Shown here: piece after piece, positions 37,628 to 49,545 of the stretch
Position numbering within the stretch: the first letter of the stretch is position 1
Layout: the number at the start of each line of letters is the position of its first letter
Assembly: GCF_006345805.1 (NCBI RefSeq)
Contig: NC_042997.1
Location: 213,280,001-213,344,000, forward strand
Reading direction: 5' to 3'
Origin: Octopus sinensis
Lineage: Eukaryota
DNA length: 64,000 bases
Position numbers and translations under genes: made by a program
The notes under the pieces: model-generated
Database searches by the model: none
The model's input: the letters and a program-made list of their open reading frames with translations, nothing else
What the model was told of the DNA's origin: nothing

Positions 37628-38351
37628 ATTATAACTATAATAGATGCTTATGGGTATTTTCTGGAAACTGATATTTTCTGAAATTACTTGTTTCAAAATT
37701 TGATTTACCACTATTAATATTGTCTTTGTATATAATTTACACAAAAATCAAGATAGTGGGTCCCATATCTTGTTACACATCAGGCAGTTAAAGCAATCCA
37801 CAAATCTTTTTGTAACGACAGTGCTTTTATGAAGAGTTAGAAATTGCACTTATTTGGTTATTATGGTCTTTTGCTCGTTTATGTTGACAGCCATATTTGG
37901 TGGTTTCTTTTTGTTTATTTGTTGTTAATGTTAAGGTGAAGTCTACTAGGACCATTACCAAAAATGTCGAATAGATGTTACCAGAACTACAAAAATTAGG
38001 TCTGAGAGATTGTTATCTTTAAACCATCTTGTAACACCAATCCTTTGTTACCTCCAGCTAAAATAGTGAATTACAATAGATGAAAGAAGAAAAGTTGGTC
38101 TCTGTTATACTTTGCTGAGGACCTACAAACCAGCTGCTGTAGCCATTTGTACAATATTAATGGTGGTGATAACCAACCAAATTGGTTTTCAGTATAAAAA
38201 GTAACTTGTACTAAGTGTGTATCTGTGAAACTGGATATTTGTAATGATGCATACTCCTAACACTTCATTCATTATAACGTACCATAAAGTGAAAGTTTGC
38301 TGTGTATTTGGCCTGAAAATATCACATCATGTATATAACTCATGTATATAT

Positions 38352-38753
38352 AGGTGTAGGAGTGGCTGTGTGGTAAGTAGCTTGCTAACCAACCACATGG
38401 TTCCGGGTTCAGTCCCACTGCGTGGCATCTTGGGCAAGCGTCTTCTACTATAGCCTCGGGCCGACCAATGCCTTGTGAGTGGATTTGGTAGACGGAAACT
38501 GAAAGAAGCCTGTCGTATATATGTATATATATATATGTGTGTGTGTGTGTTTGTGTGTCTGTGTTTGTCCCCCTAGCATTGCTTGACAACCGATGCTGGT
38601 GTGTTTACGTTCCCGTCACTTAGCGGTTCGGCAAAAGAGACCGATAGAATAAGTACTGGGCTTACAAAGAATAAGTCCCGGGGTCGATTTGCTCGACTAA
38701 AGGCGGTGCTCCAGCATGGCCGCAGTCAAATGACTGAAACAAGTAAAAGAGTA
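38352..38753 (+). mobile_element. SINE family B copy
   Basis: Highly similar to 7413-7797. Confidence 0.9.
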
Positions 38754-39067
38754 ACTCAGTTATATTTTTGAAACATTACACCTTCCACAGCAGTGATGGT
38801 CTTCTCCAATTGTCACATTCTCTCATATTGCTTTGTATTTTTCAGGATTGTTTTCAGATTTAGATCTAGTTTTTTTCCACAACTATCATATGACTACTTC
38901 TCAGCATTTAAAATTTCTTTGCTGAATCTGTTCATATTTGGTCGTCAGTTTTCTTAAGGATGATTCCATTTTTACTAACCTCTTCCTCTCTCTGAATATC
39001 TGCACCAAGACACAGTGAATGGTGATCACCAACTGACTTTGCAAAAGATTCACATCACTCGTTAAAA

Positions 39068-39356
39068 GCACCATCCGTTCATGGCCGTTTGCCAGCTCTA
39101 TCTGACCCCCGTGTCAGTGGCACGTAAAAGCACCATCCGTTCGTGTCCGTTGCCAGCCTCGCCTGGCACCTGTGCGGGTGGCACGTAAAAAGCACCCACT
39201 ACACTCATGGAGTGGTTGGCGTTAGGAAGGGCATCCAGCCGTAGAAACACTGCCAGATCTGACTGGGCCTGACGAAGCCTTCCAGCTTCACAGACCCCAG
39301 TTGAACCGTCCAACCCATGCTAGAATGGAAAGTGGACGCTAAATGATGATGATGAG
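39068..39356 (+). mobile_element. RTE 3' UTR fragment
   Basis: ~60-bp UTR repeats, shared terminus and (GAT)n tail. Confidence 0.8.
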
Positions 39357-39692
39357 ATAACTGAGTGTGTAGTAATGTACTGTCTGGGATGTGTTGTTGG
39401 CAATAAGAAAATTTTAGCAAATTTAAGTGAGATTCAAACAAGGAATGGTAGTATGAACAGATGTATTTCTACAGTCAGTCTTTATAATATTTAAGATGTG
39501 TATTTTTGTTGTTTATCATTCTTTCTAGTGATGTTAGTTGATATAGTCTAATGTAATATTTGAGAGAAGGATTGGTGATATGACAGTTAGTGCTATTTTT
39601 CACTCAATACATGCAAATGGAAGAAGTAAATAATTTGTTTTTTTAAAATATATTTTGAAACATACTTTTTTCCTTCTCTAAATTATAATTAA

Positions 39693-40500
39693 CGGCACAT
39701 TGCGTTATCTCCATACTCCTATGATATTTACTATTGCCCAGCATCCAGTAACATCGCACCGGATGCGTCGTTCACTGGGGTACGCTGTTCTGCAATCAGT
39801 TCACATTCACTTTATGAGTTACATGCGACACTGTGCCACCCAGGTGTAATACGTCTTCATCATTTCGTCTGCAGTAGAAATCTTCCATATTCATTGGAGA
39901 ATGTGAAACAAATTTGTAGGAATTGCTCTATATGTCAAGAAGTGAAGCCACAATATTATAAACCAAACTTAGTTGACTTAATTAAGGCTGGATGGAAGCA
40001 CTCCGTCAGTTACGACGATGAGGGTTCTGGTTGATCCGAATCAACGGAACAGCCTGCTTGTGAAATTAACGTGTAAGTGGCTGAGCACTCCACAGACACG
40101 TGCACCCTTAACGTAGTTCTCGGGGATATTCAGCGTGACACAGAGAGTGACAAGGCCGGCCCTTTGAAATACAGGTACAACAGAAACAGGAAGTAAGAGT
40201 GAGAGAAAGTTGTGGTGAAAGAGTACAGCAGGGATCACCACCATCCCCTGCCGGCGCCTCGTAGAACTTTTTTAGGTGTTTTCGCTCAATAAACACTCAC
40301 AACGCCCGGTCTGGGAATCGAAACCGCGATCCTATGACCGCGAGTCCGCTGCCCTAACCACTGGGCCATTGCGTCTCCACTAATTAAGGCTACGCAGCCA
40401 TTCAAACGAATTCCTTCCACGAAACATCCTTATCTTCTAACAATCGTTGACAAATACTCTTGGTTTCTGTTTTATTATCCAGTATCTGACACATCAGACT
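39693..40500 (+). mobile_element. Gypsy-like LTR retrotransposon pol relic (RNase H end, integrase HHCC and core start), split by a SINE
   Basis: YSYDIYYCPASSNIAPDA...LHATLCHPGVIRLHHFV...CRNCSICQEVKPQYYKP..LIKA|TQPF...YLLTIVDKYS; the reading continues across the SINE at 39990-40380. Confidence 0.8.
39990..40380 (-). mobile_element. SINE family A copy
   Basis: 11-bp TSD taattaaggct at 39979-39989 and 40381-40391. Confidence 0.92.
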
Positions 40501-40832
40501 ATGATTGGAAATTAGTTTCTTTGAACCAGGAATTACTGGTCATACATAACAGTGGGTGACTTGTTAATTGACAGTAGACAAACACGGAGTCTTCAGCTAT
40601 CTTTGAAAAATAAATAATAATAAATAAAATAACGAAATGATTGTATACAGTGCTCAGGTGCACTACAACAATATATTTCACAGTGGGTGAAACCAATCAA
40701 TGAATTAAAGATTAATATAAAAGTAGTTATTAGAAAATTTCTTTTTTCAATTAACTTCTTGCACACATTCTAATTAAAGCCAGAGTTCCCTTGAGTTTTT
40801 TTACAGCTCTTCAATCGTACCTTCTCTCCTAC

Positions 40833-40890
<58 letters not shown>

Positions 40891-40909
40891 GTATGTATAT
40901 ATATATATG

Positions 40910-40943
<34 letters not shown>

Positions 40944-40955
40944 TATATACTTATA

Positions 40956-41467
40956 TCTATATATATAAAACTGTAGTTGTGTGAGTGTCTGTCCCCTTCG
41001 ATTTAGATTCCTAACTACTCCCACATTTTGCGGTGCAGTTTAACCAAATTCAGGTATCTTATAGTCGGGATTCATATCGAGCCCATCTGAGTATTAGCGC
41101 GCGTCTACGATGAGTCTACGATTTTAAAAATAATTTAACATCATTTTTTATTCCATTTTAATGCATAATTTTTCGTGTGTCGATGGCGGCGGAGTTGGCG
41201 TCCACGCTCAAACACCTGCACCTGTTTGCTTCTCTCCCTTCCCTCCCTCGTGAAGCTGTGGGGAAGGGAGTTTAAGGAAATCAACGTCGTAATGCATTGT
41301 CAAGGAGACCAGCGTTCTTTTAGAACAACGACTTCATGGCTTGAAGACACCAAAACAGAAATGGCTAAGAAAGCCCGAATTGGCATCTATAAGGGAAGTA
41401 ACTCTCTAAAAATGCTTATATAGTTATTTCCCTTACAAACCCAAGCAACGCCGGGCGATACTGCTAG
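40956..41467 (+). mobile_element. Non-autonomous Helitron
   Basis: A|TCtatatatataaaa 5' end; subterminal GC-rich cccaagcaacgccggg, then CTAG|T 3' end; no TSD. Confidence 0.8.
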
Positions 41468-41669
41468 TATATATATATACGTTTACATATTTAACAAAGA
41501 TACACCTGTCTCACACATATATAGCTATTTCTCTACACATGGTAATTACTAATGACTTGTAGAGCGACCGTTATAGGTACGCAGCATTTCCTTATGCAAC
41601 CATAAATATTATTCTTTTATTCGTTTCGGTCATTTGACTGTGGATATCCTGAAGCACCAACATTTTTGT

Positions 41670-41725
41670 AAGTGAGGTACCGTGTTCTGCTGCTGCGTTA
41701 GCAATTAGAACACGGTACCTCACTT
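41670..41725. repeat. 56-nt hairpin with perfect 19-bp arms
   Basis: aagtgaggtaccgtgttct ... agaacacggtacctcactt. Confidence 0.9.
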
Positions 41726-41738
41726 GTCCGTGTTATCT

Positions 41739-42041
41739 CTACATAGATTCTATTGAAATTAAAGCCAGCATTGATTTTTTGTTACGACGTTTCGTATCCT
41801 AAAAAGTCAGATGTAAACAATGAAATCGAAGATGAAAAAAGGGCAATGGACGTATATGCCATATTTCGTGGAGTTCGGGGTTTGTCTTTTTGATGGAACA
41901 AAAGCCCACCAAAATATGGCATATTTGACCATTATTCTTTTTTTTTTTTCCCCATCTTATTGTTTGCATCTGACGTCTCGGATACGAAAGGTCGTAACGA
42001 AAATCAGTGCTGGCCATGATTTCTACAGACTCTCTGTGTAG
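41739..42041. mobile_element. MITE with long imperfect TIRs
   Basis: gccagcattgatttt.gttacgac.tttcgtatcc..gtcagatg.aaacaat is mirrored by attgtttgcatctgac..ggatacgaaa.gtcgtaac.aaaatcagtgctggc. Confidence 0.7.
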
Positions 42042-42488
42042 ATCACCCTAATCTATTTCTTTACTAACCCACAAGGGGCTACACACAGAGGGGACCCCCA
42101 ACCTGCCAATTACCCGACAGCGCCCCTCCCCTCGTCACACCCTCAATGTCTTGACCAATGAAAACGTCAAGACTTCTTCGTCTTCTCCTCCTCCCCCTGC
42201 TGCTGCCGTCTTCCTTCCAAAAAAAACCAACTTTCACCATTTTATTTCCAGGATTTTGTCGGGAAATTATGTGAGAGAGAAACAACTAATCGGGCGACTG
42301 ACTTCTGCAAAGTTTCCGTCTGCCAAACACCACTCGCGACGTCAAACATTCTATATATATTGTGTCTGTTTTACAATCCCAACATGTAAAGAACAAAGGA
42401 TAGAGAGCAGGTCACTTTCTATAATATTCACCACGATTTACATGAGGTATTTTCTCTTTTAATTATCGTTACTTCGTTCATTATATAT

Positions 42489-42685
42489 TGTCGGAGCACT
42501 GCATCCTTCAAGACTTCCATGCTTCCTCAGATTCGCCAACACTACACTTGATTTTCTCCTCTCCATACACACACAAGCATGTTCACTTTCCAGACATTTC
42601 TACATTACTGCATGTACTTTATATGCACTTTCTGACAAGTTGTGGTGCACCTGAGCACTGTATACAATAATTTCATTATTATTAT

Positions 42686-42686
<1 letters not shown>
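42489..42686 (+). mobile_element. CR1-like terminal fragment
   Basis: gtcggagcactgcatccttc...gcacctgagcactgtatacaataatttcattatt. Confidence 0.8.
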
Positions 42687-42736
<50 letters not shown>

Positions 42737-42738
<2 letters not shown>

Positions 42739-42954
42739 TACTACTAAGAAGTGGTCCCGGTGCGCACTCGCGCATCCGCGCCAGCTAGTCATAACTAGTC
42801 GATCCTTTGTGTTTTTGTGTGTTGTTTACTTTGTGTAAAAAAAATTATTTATTTTGTGTTTTATTTACTCTGCTAGGTAGTCGTTGTAGGATCGACTACT
42901 TACGACTAGCAAGCGCGTGTGCGCGCACCGGGATCATTGTTCGCTAGTAGTACC
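42737..42954. mobile_element. MITE with GGTAC...GTACC termini (Merlin-type termini possible)
   Basis: ~70-bp imperfect TIRs ggtactacta..cccggtgcgc..ctagtc..tagtcgatcc; inserted in (TA)n. Confidence 0.7.
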
Positions 42955-42962
42955 ACATATAT

Positions 42963-43239
42963 ATAATAATAATAATAATAAACATTGTGTACAGTGCTCA
43001 GGTGCACTACAACTCATCTAAAGTGTATATATAATCAGGTGTAGTTTCGGCGGATTTCGGAAAGCATGAGGGCCTTAAAGGATGCAGTGTCATGGCAGTC
43101 AACAACTGATGCAGGCAGTTTATTCCATGCTTCAGCAACTCTGAGCGTGAAAAAATGTTTCCGAAAGTCATGGGAGCTGTGTTGTTTTCTGACTTTGTAG
43201 GCATGTCCACGTGTGTTAGACACATGGAGATCAAAAAGG

Positions 43240-43240
<1 letters not shown>
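42963..43240 (-). mobile_element. CR1-like 3' fragment
   Basis: Nearly identical to the 3' part of the 19102-19590 copy. Confidence 0.85.
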
Positions 43241-43287
<47 letters not shown>

Positions 43288-43483
43288 TTCAACAATTGAG
43301 GGTAAAATTAATTAATTATTAATCAATTTCACCAAGTATTCAGTATGTAAAGGGACCATTTTAGGCGAATTCAAAATATTACATTATATATAAGGGCTTA
43401 GTAAAATAAATTACTTTGCCACATACTGAACTCATTAGAAATAGCAGCTAAAGAAATTTCTTTAGCTGTATATATTAACCATA

Positions 43484-45398
43484 TAGGGCGTAACAAATAT
43501 CAGAAAATCAAAAAAAAATGTGTGTAATAGGTGTAAAACAACTTCCTATGAACGAATATGAAAAAAAAAATTCGCGCACGCGAAAGGGGGGTGGGGGAGA
43601 GGCCTCGGAAAATTCACATCGGGAAGTTCCGAAAGCGTCTGAGGAGCTGACCCGGGCACCAAAACAAAAAAAAAATAGTGTAATATGTGTAAAACAACTT
43701 GCTCTAAACGAATATGACAAAAAAAAATGCGCTCTCGCGAAAGAGGGGTGGGGGTGAGGCCTCGGAATATTTATATCGGGAATTTCCGAAAGCGTCTGAA
43801 CCGGGCACAAAAACAAAAACAGCGTAATAGGTGTAAAACAACTTGCTCTAAACGACTATCATGAAAAAAATGCGCGCTCGCAAAAGGGGGGTGGGGGGAG
43901 GCTTCGGAAATTTCACATCTTCAGTCCACGGCCTTTAAACTAAGAAAAAATAGTGTAATTGGTGTAAAACTACTTGTTCTAAACGAGTATCAAGAACACA
44001 CACTCACACATGAATCATAAACTCCGTATTTCGAAAAAAAAAAAATAAAGAGAAGAAATTCTGGAAAAAGTGAAGAAATGTTGGATCTCCGCCATGTGAA
44101 TCAAAATACGTGTCAGAAACATCTTGAAATACTACAGAAATTATGTTACGAAAATGATAATGTATACATACCTCTTTGAGTGGTCCATCGATAATGATGA
44201 TAAAGAAATGAGTTGGATTTGAACTCAGAATATTGACTAACACAACTACATACTACAAGACTCAAAATATTCAGCCAAGTCACCACCCTTTAACTAGCAA
44301 TAATAATAACATCAATAACATAACAGCCAAAAGATTTATTTGTTCTGAAAATAACAATCATAGTAAATAAATATGTTCTTTAATATTCACATTCATGTGC
44401 ACAGTTTAAAACACTTACATACAAACAGTCACGCATGCATAATACAGAACGGAACACATAAATGAAGGATGCATTACTTAGTATATATTACATCTAGAGA
44501 ATTTTGATTAATAAGTCAAATATGCAAATTATAAAGATAATTAATTGCTTTACAAACAGTGTTGTAAAGGTGAAAAAAATAAATTTGGGAAAAAAATACA
44601 CGCCAAAACTAATTAATAAAGGATAATTAGGGAAGGATTGACACAAAATAATAATTTTTTCTGTCTCTTTTTTTCTGATAAATGCATCTTAATAAGTGAG
44701 AAGAATTGCATATATCTGAACTATTTCAAAGAAAAGCATAAATTTAATGTTTAAAATAGCTTTAACCAAGGAATGAGATCCAACATTTCTTCACTTTTCC
44801 AGAATTTCTTCTCTTTATTATTTATTTTTTTTTGCGAAATATGTACAAAAATACGGAGTTTATGATTCATGTGTGAGTGTGTGTTCTTGATACTCGTTTA
44901 GAACAAGTAGTTTTACACCAATTACACTATTTTTTCTTAGTTTAAAGGCCGTGGACTGAAGATGTGAAATTTCCGAAGCCTCTCCCCCACCCCCCTTCGC
45001 GAGCGCGCATTTTTTTCATGATAGTCGTTAGAGAGCAAGTTGTTTTACACCTATTACGCTGTTTTTGTTTTTGTTTTTGTGCCCGGTTCAGACGCTTTCG
45101 GAAATTCCCGATATAAATATTCCGAGGTCTCTCCCCCACCCCTCTTTCGCGAGAGCGCATTTTTTTTTTCATATTCGTTTAGAGCAAGTTGTTTAACATA
45201 TTACACTATTTTTTTTTGTTTTGGTGCCCGGGTCAGCTCCTCAGACGCTTTCGGAACTTCCCAATGTGAATTTTCCGAGGCCTCTCCCCCACCCCCTTTC
45301 GCGTGCGCGAATTTTTTTTTTCATATTCGTTCATAGGAAGTTGTTTTACACCTATTACACACATTTTTTTTTTGATTTTCTGATATTTGTTACGCCCT
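43484..45398. mobile_element. Foldback-like element: ~610-bp TIRs each with three ~125-130-bp subrepeats, ~690-bp AT-rich spacer
   Basis: TA|TAGGGCGTAACAAATATCAG ... CTGATATTTGTTACGCCCTA|TA; arms ~43484-44090 and ~44776-45398; no ORF. Confidence 0.85.
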
Positions 45399-45491
45399 AT
45401 ATTAACAGATATTTATTTATATATTACATTATATATATATCATATCACTTAGATCATTAGCGCTTTCGCCCACTACTGACGTGAGGTTAAC

Positions 45492-46675
45492 GGCGAAGGT
45501 AAAGCGTGTGCACAGTCACCCATCAGACGAAAGTGAAACATCCGGAGTTGATGTTTTGAAAGTGAGGTGGGGGGGGGGAATGGGTCTTCAGTGTTTCTTT
45601 AAGAAAAATTTAAATTCCCTGATTCGTAATTTTTATATATGTGGATTAAAAAAAAAAAATCTTCAAAAAGTTAAAAATTAGGAAATTGAAGGAGTCGAAA
45701 TTTTGAAAACGTGATTTTTGAGCAAAATCGTATTCCCCTATATTGAAAACACAGAATCTTTTCCTTTTGAACGGCGGTTTTCAACACAATTTCTAGTTAA
45801 CTAAACACTTTTAAACTTCATATACTGGTAGAATGTGTTTATAAAACATCATTTTTTCTTGGCTTTATTGAGAAAATTCTATATGTTGTAACATATTTCC
45901 ACTTTAAAATCGAGCATTTCGGCAATTTTAACCAATCAAATACGTCCATTTGTGGTGAAAACATACCGTGCTGTATGAATATGTCCCTCGTTTAAGAAAC
46001 AGATTAGATTTATTTACATTTGCGAAGAAAAAAAGTACCCTTCCCCCACCCCTAACTCTAACTAATCCTAACCCTAAAACAGATTGAAATGCAATAGATC
46101 GATACTAGGGTTATAATTATGGGTGACATTTTCATTTGACACTGCTAGAAAAAAAATTCCATTTTCCGTAGCGGTGTCGTATGAAATTGTCACCCATAAT
46201 TATGGCCCTAGTATCGATCTATTGCATTTCAATCTGTTTTAGGGTTAGGATTAGTTAGAGTTAGGGGTGGGGGAAGGGTACTTTTTTTCTTCGCAAATGT
46301 AAATAAATCTAATCTGTTTCTTAAACAAGGGACATATTCATACAGCACGGTATGTTTTCACCACAAATGGACGTATTTGATTGGTTAAAATTGCCGAAAT
46401 GCTCGAAATTAAAGTGGAAATATGTTACAAAATACAGAATTTTCTCAATAAAGCCAATAGAAAATGATGTTTTATAAACACATTCTACCAGTATACGAAG
46501 TTTAAAAGTGTTTAGTTAACTAGAAATTGTGTTGAAATCTGCCGTTCAAAAGGAAAAGATCCAAAGCACAATTCCGAAAAAAGTTTGGAACCCCACCCCC
46601 CAAAATACTGAGCAATCTTTCGTTCAGAGTCATATCGAAAGATAGCCGGTGGGGTGCACACGCTTTACCTTCGCC
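45492..46675. mobile_element. Non-autonomous TIR element (22-bp TIR) hosting a nested palindromic MITE
   Basis: ggcgaaggtaaagcgtgtgcac at 45492-45513 and its reverse complement at 46654-46675; TTAA close to both ends. Confidence 0.6.
45754..46562. mobile_element. ~800-bp palindromic MITE, probably Merlin family
   Basis: ~390-bp arms around a ~21-nt loop; termini G(A/G)ATCTTTTCC...GGAAAAGATCC; 8-bp flanks aaaacaca/aaagcaca (7/8). Confidence 0.85.
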
Positions 46676-47569
46676 AGATTAACTGTAATAAACCACTAAG
46701 TAGAGAAGCCTCTGTCATCTCTGCATCTGCTAGATATAGCAGCCAGCATATTCATGATTTCATGGCTCTCCCTCTTTATTCTTGATGTAATCTTCTTCAT
46801 TCATATGCGTCGCATAGCCTAAACAACGCAATTGTTTCTTTTGTACACTACATCTGATTCCTTTCATGTCCGGTGGGCGTTAAATGAGGATTATGATGCA
46901 CACAGACGTTGTACATTGAGAGGAGCATGTTTACTCAATTTCTTGCTTATTTTTGTAGGTTCATTGCATCCAGGAGCCACATCTCATAGCCATGTGGCAC
47001 AGAAGCATCCCCACAGCCTGTCATTCTTTTAAAGAAAGAAGCCTTTTGTTACCAACAGAGATAAGTCTTTGAACTTTCTGCGACCTGTTCTTGGTCTGGT
47101 TATTATATTTTCAGAATAGATCAAACAAGGTAACAGAAACTATCTACTAGGAATTTTCCTTATTAATTAACCTTTTGAACCCCAGATACCCTGTTATCCA
47201 CAGCACCCTCACCCCAGGTTCCAAGAGCCAAAGTAATGATTTCCCATCCAATATTGTTTCAATGTCTCAAAAATGTGCTTTGTGTCTTTCATATTGAAAT
47301 AAATTCCAAATAGAGAGCAACATTGTCCTTACCACTTGTTTTTTTTTTTTTATTTTATTACCAATACTGGTGTTTGTGGTGCTAGTAGAACCAGCAGTTA
47401 CCATCTGGTTTTCCAATGCAGAAAATAAAGGCCGGTAAAGCAGCTACTGGGGAATTTGTATTTGAATCTGCTGCTGGTGGCTGGATTAGCGGCCACTGGG
47501 ATTCTGAGTGTTAAGAGCATCTATTTCTTATACATGTTTTATGTTTAGTGCTCCTAACCTGCCCATGAT

Positions 47570-47855
47570 TCCAGTCTAGCTCTTGTGTGTCCATAGTTTG
47601 CATTGAGTATGATATATGGAACTTCAACCAACTCTTTTTCTATCTTTTGAACAAAGCCATTTCCCTAATGGCAGCAAGGCCTGTTTCATAACATATTAAT
47701 ACTTTAGCCTTTGTCAAATTAACTTTAAGGGCCTTTTGATTCCAGGCTTCCTTTAATGCATGGAATTTCTTCTCTATTTCTACAGTAAGTCTAGCTATAA
47801 GTATGAAGTCATCAGCATATCAGAGTTCCACAAGCAACCAGTCTTAATTCTAATG
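47570..47855 (-). mobile_element. Degraded RTE RT fragment
   Basis: Minus translation EL*YADDFILIA...GLKVNLTKAKV...GKWLCS...CKLWTHK. Confidence 0.75.
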
Positions 47856-48348
47856 TAATTGTAATAAATTAAAGTTTAGTTAATCATTTATAGGTAAAGT
47901 TTATTGGTATAGAATTGTAAAATTTCTGCTGTTAAGTTTCTTCCTTTTATGTTTTATATTGTTTCTCTATATTTCAGATGACATTGATATTAAATTATTT
48001 TTTGCCTCAGCTACATCATCAACATTTATTATCTTTTAAAGAGTGAATTATGGTGAAATATATCTTCTCAACTGAAATTAATAGCAGCAGTTCTAATCTT
48101 GACTATCTGGAATATGTTCAGATGATTTTGAATTCTGATTAAACTTGAAAAATGCTACAGAGGAATTTGCAATCCCCTTCAGATATTGACAAAAATCACA
48201 AGTGATGAAAATATAACAGCAAAAATACTTCAACAAATAAATATATAAAAACAAGGAAAATATCCATATATTGTGGTGAGAGAAGAATAACTTTGGAAAG
48301 ACAGATTATGTGTGAAACATAAAGATTAACATTTTACATCCTGAAGAA

Positions 48349-49545
48349 ATGCCAAAAGAGCTAGGAAAATCATCGTACCATAATGACATCAGCAAAATAT
48401 CATTCTCAGAAAGAGGAAACCTAACTATTCAGAAACATAGTACAAGAGACAAACTGTATCACTGTGATATATGTAACAAATCGTTCTCTGAAGCAAGTGT
48501 CTTAACTAGACACAAACGTATTCATACAGGAGAAACCCCATATCACTGTGATACCTGTGGTAAATCATTCTTTCAAACAAGTGACTTAACAAGACACAAA
48601 CGAATTCATACAGGAGAAAAACCATATCAGTGTGACATTTGTGGTAAATCATTTTCTCAAAATGGTGAAGTTACTACTCACAAACGTATTCATACAGGAG
48701 AAAAGCCATATCACTGTGACATCTGTGGTAAATTATTCTCTGCAACAAGTCACTTAACTACTCATAAACGTATTCATACAGGTGAGAAACCCTATTGCTG
48801 TGATATCTGTGGTAAATCATTCTCTGTAAATAGTGATTTGACTTCTCATAAGCGTATTCACACAGGAGAAAAACCATATCATTGTAGTGTCTGTGGTAAA
48901 TCATTCTCTGAAAAAGGTAACCTGACTACTCACCACCGTATTCATACAGGAGAGAAACCCTATTGTTGTGATATCTGTGGTAAATCATTCTCTGGAAAAG
49001 GCAACTTAACAACTCATAGGCGTATTCATACAGGTGAGAAACCATATCACTGTGATATCTGTGGCAAATCATTCTCTGAAAATGGTATCTTGTCTAGACA
49101 TAAACGTATTCATACAGGTGAGAAACCGTATCACTGTGGTATCTGTGGCAAATCATTCTCTGAAAATGGTGTTTTAACTATACACAAACGTATTCATACG
49201 GGAGAAAAACCATATCACTGTGATATTTGTGGTAAATCATTTTCTGAAAATGGTGTCTTAACCATACACAGACGTATTCATACAGGAGAAAAACCATATC
49301 ACTGTGATATTTGTGGTAAATCATTCTCTGAAAAAGGTAATCTCATTACTCACAAACGTATTCATACGGGAGAAAAACCATATCACTGTGATATTTGTGG
49401 TAAATCATTCTCTGAAAATGGTGTCCTAACTATACACAAACGTATTCACACAGGAGAAAAACCATATCACTGTGATATCTGTGGGAAACCATTTTCTCAA
49501 AAAAGTCCCTTAACTACTCATCTAAGTATTCATATAGAAAAGTAA
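48349..49545 (+). CDS. C2H2 zinc-finger protein, 13 fingers plus one degenerate N-terminal finger
   Basis: 398-aa open frame; acceptor ctatatttcag at ~47967-47977. Confidence 0.92.
   Translation: MPKELGKSSYHNDISKISFSERGNLTIQKHSTRDKLYHCDICNKSFSEASVLTRHKRIHTGETPYHCDTCGKSFFQTSDLTRHKRIHTGEKPYQCDICGKSFSQNGEVTTHKRIHTGEKPYHCDICGKLFSATSHLTTHKRIHTGEKPYCCDICGKSFSVNSDLTSHKRIHTGEKPYHCSVCGKSFSEKGNLTTHHRIHTGEKPYCCDICGKSFSGKGNLTTHRRIHTGEKPYHCDICGKSFSENGILSRHKRIHTGEKPYHCGICGKSFSENGVLTIHKRIHTGEKPYHCDICGKSFSENGVLTIHRRIHTGEKPYHCDICGKSFSEKGNLITHKRIHTGEKPYHCDICGKSFSENGVLTIHKRIHTGEKPYHCDICGKPFSQKSPLTTHLSIHIEK

Noticed and set aside
38770-39060. Possible decayed ZNF pseudo-exon on the minus strand (EK..YDSCGKK, GE.HHCCG traces)
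   Set aside because: Too degenerate to distinguish from chance by eye; would need a tblastn or HMM hit.
46040-46275. Telomere-like CCCTAA/TTAGGG hexamers
   Set aside because: Only scattered imperfect units inside the arms of the palindromic MITE; not a telomeric array.
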